This document shows positions 57,501 through 64,000 of a stretch of 64,000 nt of DNA, piece by piece. The notes beneath the pieces were generated by a model. It saw only the letters and a list, made by a program, of their open reading frames with translations. It searched no databases and was not told the origin of the DNA. The stretch is from the human T2T-CHM13v2.0 reference genome, Homo sapiens: NCBI RefSeq assembly GCF_009914755.1, contig NC_060937.1. One strand, given 5' to 3'. Each line of letters begins with the position of its first letter. The first letter of the stretch is position 1. The translations under genes and the position numbers were made by a program.

Positions 57501-59863
57501 CAGAGACCACACTAACAATAAATATGCCAAGACCTATTATGTTGTCTGTATAATAAAATCAAGAGAAATATAAACTTCTCCAAAATAATATTTTCAAAGA
57601 TGAACTGTTTTTGAACAAAAAATAATAATAATAAAGTCAACATTTTTAATCAAATTAAAATCCTGGCTATATTTATTCTAGGCATTGGCGGTAATTCAAC
57701 ATAATTTAAGAAAGTGAAACTGTTTTTGAGAAGGAAGTATGTAGTATGCTTTCAATTTACATAGAAGATTCTGAGGACCCTAACTCAGAAATCAAGTTTA
57801 CTCATTAGAAGGTGGCATTTCAGCATGTGGTCTGAGATTCTCTGTGAGTCATCTGCTTCAGTGGTGACGCACACACTGTTTTATTAACAGCATCAAGACA
57901 TGAAAAGCAATTGTGTTTTTTAGAGGCTCTTTCTATTAACACAGTGTAAAAGACTCCAGTTTTACTTAAAATGAACAAAACAAAAATGCGATCGAAAAAC
58001 GAAATGTTCCCACTCAAATGTATGCTTCTGTTTCATCATGTTTGTTTCTCACTTTGATGCTTAGATTGAACAGTTTCACAAGTAAATACAACTGGTTGGC
58101 TCATATATATTCATGAAGAGAGAAAAAATTTCCTTCTGAGTAGCTCCACACAGAAAAGTTTCCCTAGACGTTTTGAATCCTGAAAGCTAGACTTCAATAC
58201 GGCGCAGAATGACCCACGTGGAGAGATGGAGGAATGCTCTGGGTTTTTGTTTTTTTTTTTTTCATTTACACTCTATATAAGCCACAACTGACCATGATGT
58301 TTCTATCTTAAACCAATGTCTTTAGTCATGCTGTTGTATTGTTTCCTAATTCTCTCTAACTATGTGATGAAATTTAGCTACCACTCGACCTCTTTTACTT
58401 CCAAGTACAAATACATTGGGGGTCAGCAGGAGATGTTAGAATGGCTTGGGTGAGATGTTCTCATCCAAAAGATGAATCTTTACTGTTTACACCTGTTGGA
58501 TACCACATAGAAGAGGGATGAGAGTTAAGCACTTCAAAATTCAGTGTGGCTGAATGGTCATAGTCTTGCATTAAATAAAGTATTCTGAGGATTTTCTGAC
58601 AGCTATAGAACACACAAAGTGAGGCTAATGAGTAAATATTGTTTATTTCATTATTTGTATTTCCCAGTGTTTTACATTTCTCCTTCATTTAGTTTATTTG
58701 CATTTTTCTGTCCATTCATTTATACCATTGTTTATGTCATCCATTATTTATGTATTTTTAATTTTCTATTTCCCAAATTTTATCCTATTTGTGCAACCCT
58801 CTGACCCCAACACTGTGTGGTTCACTTCCTACTTAGGTATAGTTTAATCTGCATTTTTAAATAAAAATATCTAACATTAAATACAAATATGCCTTTTCCA
58901 ATGAAAACATTTTAATATGCCAATAAAATATTATGATCTAAACCCTGCCTTAATTGAGATAAAATATTTAGAATATATTTTATTACTGGCAAGCTCAACT
59001 CTCATCTACTTGCTTAACCCACAAGCAGTCAGAAATAATGTAAAATTCAAAGGTGCTCTTATTATTTTCTTTATGAGACCATTTTCACGTAAAGGACCAT
59101 TTTTAGAAGTTATATTGCAGTGCAGTTTCATTATTGTAATATTGGAGTTTATTTTTTACATTTAGCCCACAATATTAGACATATCATTCCTCTTTTTATG
59201 TGTTTTATCATCAATTTACCTCTTTTTTGGATATGATTTTTATTCAGTTATGGTACATCAAGTAATTGTGTAGTGATCTAATACTTGCATATATAGAAAT
59301 GTCTTACCTCTGCTCTGGCTGGTAAATAATACCTTGGCTGAGTGTATTTCTTAAAAATATTTCTTTTAATAATTTTAATATTAGAATATTACCTCCCTCC
59401 CTCTTCTTCTCTCCATACCTTCCCTCCTTCCTTCCTTTATTTTTTTATTCCATCCTTCTTCCTTTCCTTTTTCTATACAGAAGAGTATCTTGGACAAGTA
59501 CCAAAATTTAAATAAGGTCTGTAAAATAGAATGTATAATGGATCCTTCATAAAAAAATACACATTAAAAAATTAGTGTGTGATGCAGGCAGTGGTGGAGG
59601 TTTGATGTCAGTAGTGTATTTTCCAATTTCTCAGAAAAAGGATTCTTTGAAACATTATTGCCGTCTTTCTGTACATTAATAATTGTGTTAAAATAAATGC
59701 AAAAATGTTAGATTAAATTTGACCTTTTATTTTTTAGATATATAATTCTGTGTGAATTTGATTGCACTTTTGAAAGTAAACCACAATCTATGCATGTAAT
59801 TATCATGAATCCTTATAATTTTATGTTGTTTTGTCATCCACTTTGAATATAGATTAACTTTTT

Positions 59864-60684
59864 TGTACCACAAGTAGGGTTCAGTCAACCTTGACATAGT
59901 TTCCAGTTTTTTGTCTCCTCCCAATTCCTCAAGGTGGTTGACCTATATATTTACCTGTACAACTGCCTCCTGGTGACCCCTCCCTATGTAAGAGCTAGAT
60001 ACAACCTACTTAACTCACCCCACTGACCTTGATATCCCACATAAATTATGTAGACATATGGCAATGGCCACTAGTCAGAGCATGACCCCATGGAACCTGC
60101 CCCTGCCTGCTCTAAAGCCACCAAGTAGAGCTCCCCCAGGAAACTTGCTTGGGTAACATGCTGGACTCCAAGAAAGGCCTTGATCCACAGGCCTCTTGCT
60201 CAAACTTGCTCTTCTCTCTCTCACACACTTCTTACCTGCTGGTTGAGCACACCTGTCCTGTCTGACTTTCCTGTTTCCATCGACTCCGTGAGGTGTGCTG
60301 CCCTCTTCCCTCTGATCTGTAAGAAATACACTGTTCCTGTTATTTCATGTGTTTTGTTGAGTTGCTCCTCTGTGTCTCACCTGACCAACTCACCCAAACC
60401 TAACTTTTTTCCTGTTCTGAGCTCTCCTAGAGAGTGGCGATCTTGGCGGAGATAAACTAAGCACATATCAAACAAGAACCACAAGGTAATCTGCCAGCAT
60501 AAAAAGTGTCTTGTGAAAAAAAACACCGCGTTACAGGCATTGGATTATCTGTCAGGATAAAGATGTATCCGTGGAAGGCACACCATAAATATCAAGCACC
60601 AATTCCCTTGGAATTCTATCACGGTAGGGAGAGAGTTCATCTCCAGAAAGAGACCCCAAGACCAAATTTGAGGGAAACATAACA
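59864..60684 (+). mobile_element. MER54-like (ERVL) solo LTR
   Basis: TG...CA ends; GC-richer island; 3' end CAGGATAAAGA...GAAGGCACAC...CAAGACCAAAT...ATAACA. Confidence 0.7.
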
Positions 60685-61599
60685 GTCATGCTGTAAGAAT
60701 TCCTCCTTACACATGGAATTCAGAAGTCCCCTCGAAATAGTTCCAAAGCTGTGTCTTTTTTGCAGTAATTTTACCCTGGTCACTGTGCAGCACTGTCAAC
60801 AAGGAAAACTCAGGCCTCTATGTAAGTTTTCTTGTATTTTCTGGTTTAATTCTCTCTCACAGAAATTATAATATGTGTGTATTCTGTATCTTGTGTCATT
60901 TTTCACACTTCTGCTAATATTAGTGTTTATAATTTTTCTTTAACCTGTCCCTCTAAATATATGACTCTTCTATATTTTATGTGCTAACACAAATTCACTA
61001 TATGCAGCATCAAATGCATAACAAAGCAATATTTTAAAAAGAGTGATGTATTCCACTTGACAAAAAATATTTTGCAGACATTCAGCTTTTCCTTGCTGTC
61101 ATTTATGTGTCTTTCTCACAAAAGCCTTTGGTTAGAAAATGAATAAAATAAAAACTGTAATTTTTCAGCATCAAAGCTTTTAAAAAATATAGCGCTGAAA
61201 TTTTCTTTTAATTATTTCTCTCTGCTCACATTTACAGAGCTTTAAAGTATTGTCTTTCTCATTAGCCTTTGGTGATGATAGGAGCCATATACTGAATTAT
61301 CTTCTAAATGGTTTGCACAGATTGTCAATAACAACACAGTAATTCAAAATGCTATTATAATGCACCATGTATCATAGAAACATTATGCAAGCTATCAAAA
61401 TATAATGGCTGTCTTCTCTTTCAAGTTGTTATTATTATTATTATTTCCTTTCTGAAATTTTTACTCTTAATGATCTTTGGTCTACCATTGTAGATTAAAG
61501 ACAGTTATAGGAATAGAATTATTACTAAATGAGAAATAGTAATACTGTTAATGCTAGTAGTAAAGGTCTAGGCAAATTATAATTATTTTATATGCTTTT

Positions 61600-61705
61600 G
61601 TTCATTCATTTATTAATTCATTCAATAGGTATTTGCTTATTATAAGCACTGTTGTGATGATATAACAGGACATAAAACAGAAAATAACCCTGCTTTTTTA
61701 ACTTA
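61600..61705 (-). mobile_element. L2 3' end fragment
   Basis: TTCATTCATTTATTAATTCATTCAATAGGTATTTG. Confidence 0.55.
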
Positions 61706-61919
61706 CATAATAATAATAAAGAAGTTATAGCATTAAAAATTTAGGCTTTTTAAAATGTATGCTTCTAATTCAGTGATATAGAGATTACTGTTAAAATAAG
61801 TATGAATGTTCAAAACATAATTAGAATGCTGAGCAAAGCTATAATAAAATTTGTTACATTTTTAGAAATTATAGTATGATTTATAAAATTTCATAAAAAT
61901 ATGCCATATATATACATAT

Positions 61920-62123
61920 AGTAAGTTCTGAGTTAAGATCATCTGTAGTTTGTGGGAAATTGACTTTAAGTGAAATGATGTATTACAAAGCAATTGTTTT
62001 TCTCAACAACGTTATAAAAAATGTCATTGAAAGAAACAAATTTAATCTAGAACCTTCTGTATATAATTTCATGTAAGCTCATAGTTTTCAAAAACTATCC
62101 ACAAGGTTAAGTGAGGACTTACA
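61920..62123. mobile_element. MER47/Tigger5-type MITE
   Basis: Degenerate TIRs AGTAAGTTCTGAGTTAA and TTAAGTGAGGACTTAC; internal GACTTTAAGTGAAATGA. Confidence 0.65.
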
Positions 62124-63854
62124 TACCATTTCATATAAAAATAATTAGTATATAAATTTACCACATTCTACTTTAGCAGGACTTTCTTTCTTCTCAAATG
62201 TAACATTAAAGTAGATTTATGTAGGTTAGATACATGATTCAGAAATACATTTTTCCTTTTCTGAATTGCACTGATACACACACACATACAGTACACATAA
62301 GTGTTCAATAGTGTCCTATAATATTTTACCCATTCCTCAGTAAAGAGTATTGAATGTCTAGGTCAGTCTTGACTTAAACTTTCACTTTCCTTTAATCCCT
62401 TGCTTTTAGGCAAGCCATCACATTCTAATCAGTTCATGAAAGAGCTTTGAAGAAGTTTTGGTTGCATTAGAAAACGGATAGATTTCAGCAGAATATATGT
62501 TCTTGCTACAATCACCCCCTTCCTGTTTTTGGTATACATATGACACCTAGAGCACAGGAAGACATCTTGTGACCATAAACCTATGCAAAAAAAGACAGTG
62601 TTCAAAGAATGAAAAATGAGAAAGAATACAGACTTCATTTAAAGACATGATAAATGTATTTTTCATAAGGTTACTTTTACCAGATTTTTCTGATTCACAC
62701 TATTATGCATCAGATATGTCCATATGAGTCTTGTTCAAAATTTTTAATGCACATATTTATCATATGTACATTCCTCCTACCTCTAGCTCTCATTATATTT
62801 TATGCTAAAAAAATGGCAATGCCTGTTTTTTCAGAGATGCAATTGAGTAGCCTGCCACAGAGCAATATAAATTTGGTCATAGTGAGAATACATGAATTCT
62901 ACTGCGTATGTTTTCCAGGTGGGATCTCCTCATTCTACACCAGAAGTTTAAATATACTTTGTAGAATGTAGAATGTACTCGTTGAAAAGAACAAATAATC
63001 ACTTGGGCCATTTGTTTTTCCAAATAAATTATGTTTATCTAGCAAAGTGTATGATTAATTGCATATGCATGTGCTTGAAACAGTTAAACAAATCTAAAAA
63101 TATTTGAAATAAATAATGGAGTATATTTCATCTTTGTCCATAGAGTTGTGTGTCAACTTATCTTTCATTTCTGTACTCAATTACATGATTGTTAAATTTA
63201 TTTTATGAAATTAAATGTTAGATTAATCAAAATGAGGAAATAAAGGGCAATAAAAGATGAAATTGATTTCTAAATATTTGAGTGCAGAAATTGATTACTA
63301 AATATTTGGCTTACAAATCCTTTCAGATGTCTCATGAAAGACCAGAGAAGAAAAAATACCATTTTTTTCTTACCACATGTATATCACAGTAACATACTTT
63401 TAAGTAGTATTCTTTATTCATATAATTGTAAATATTTTTCTATAAGCAAATTCAATTTACACTATGTAGGGGCTGGGTATAATTTCATAGTATCATATTT
63501 ACTTATTTCTCTCATATTTTTAGATGTAGAATTTATTTCCAATTTTGGAATTATGAAAACTGAAATATGTTAATTGTATGGTAGTTTTCAATAAATGTTA
63601 TACTACCAGTATTATTAATTGAATAAGGTAATTATTATGAATTTTCAAGACCATAGACATTTCTTACTTCTCATTTTAATAATTGTTTTTCATCACTTCT
63701 TCCTTGTGCTATGGGTATTATGGGATTTTTGTTTGATTTTTGTAATGTAGATACTTTCATTTTATGGCATATGGAGAAAAATCAGGCATGACCATTATCC
63801 ATATCAATTATGATACTGGGAAATCAGTATTAGCAAAGGAAAATGTGCATGGTA

Positions 63855-63893
63855 TGTGTGTGTGTTTATGTTTGTGTGTGTGTATGTGTGTGT
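63855..63893. repeat. Imperfect (TG)n microsatellite
   Basis: Seen directly. Confidence 0.9.
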
Positions 63894-64000
63894 ATACTTA
63901 ACAGTATAGTATGTGTCCTTTTATATATATGTTCTAATTATACAATAGGCCTGAAAGTTCTGATGTCTGCTTTGAATGGTATTGAAGCCCTAAAGTGAGG

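Overview
AT-rich primate, most likely human, non-coding DNA: a gene desert or the interior of a large intron. I find no supportable host gene, RNA gene or CpG island. The ORF track is explained by decayed retroelement coding remnants or chance ORFs. Much of the window is interspersed repeat: Alus from J to Y age, L1 fragments of many ages, MaLR LTRs including one complete MST provirus, a MER4-group class I provirus with a tRNA-Leu-like PBS and an env remnant, two decayed class III (ERV-L) pol regions, and Tigger/Charlie DNA transposons. Family names come from my recollection of consensus sequences, not from a search, and many boundaries are approximate. I see no evidence of a new multi-gene system. 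The most unusual signals are structural: (1) a TSD-bounded young L1 insertion made almost entirely of 3'-transduced unique sequence plus an inverted ORF2 piece (13901-14874); (2) a 5'-truncated HERV-L flanked by a ~145-150 bp host duplication, suggesting one-ended aberrant integration (36627-41184); (3) a near-perfect palindrome with 67 bp arms (26875-27027); and (4) several local templated duplications.
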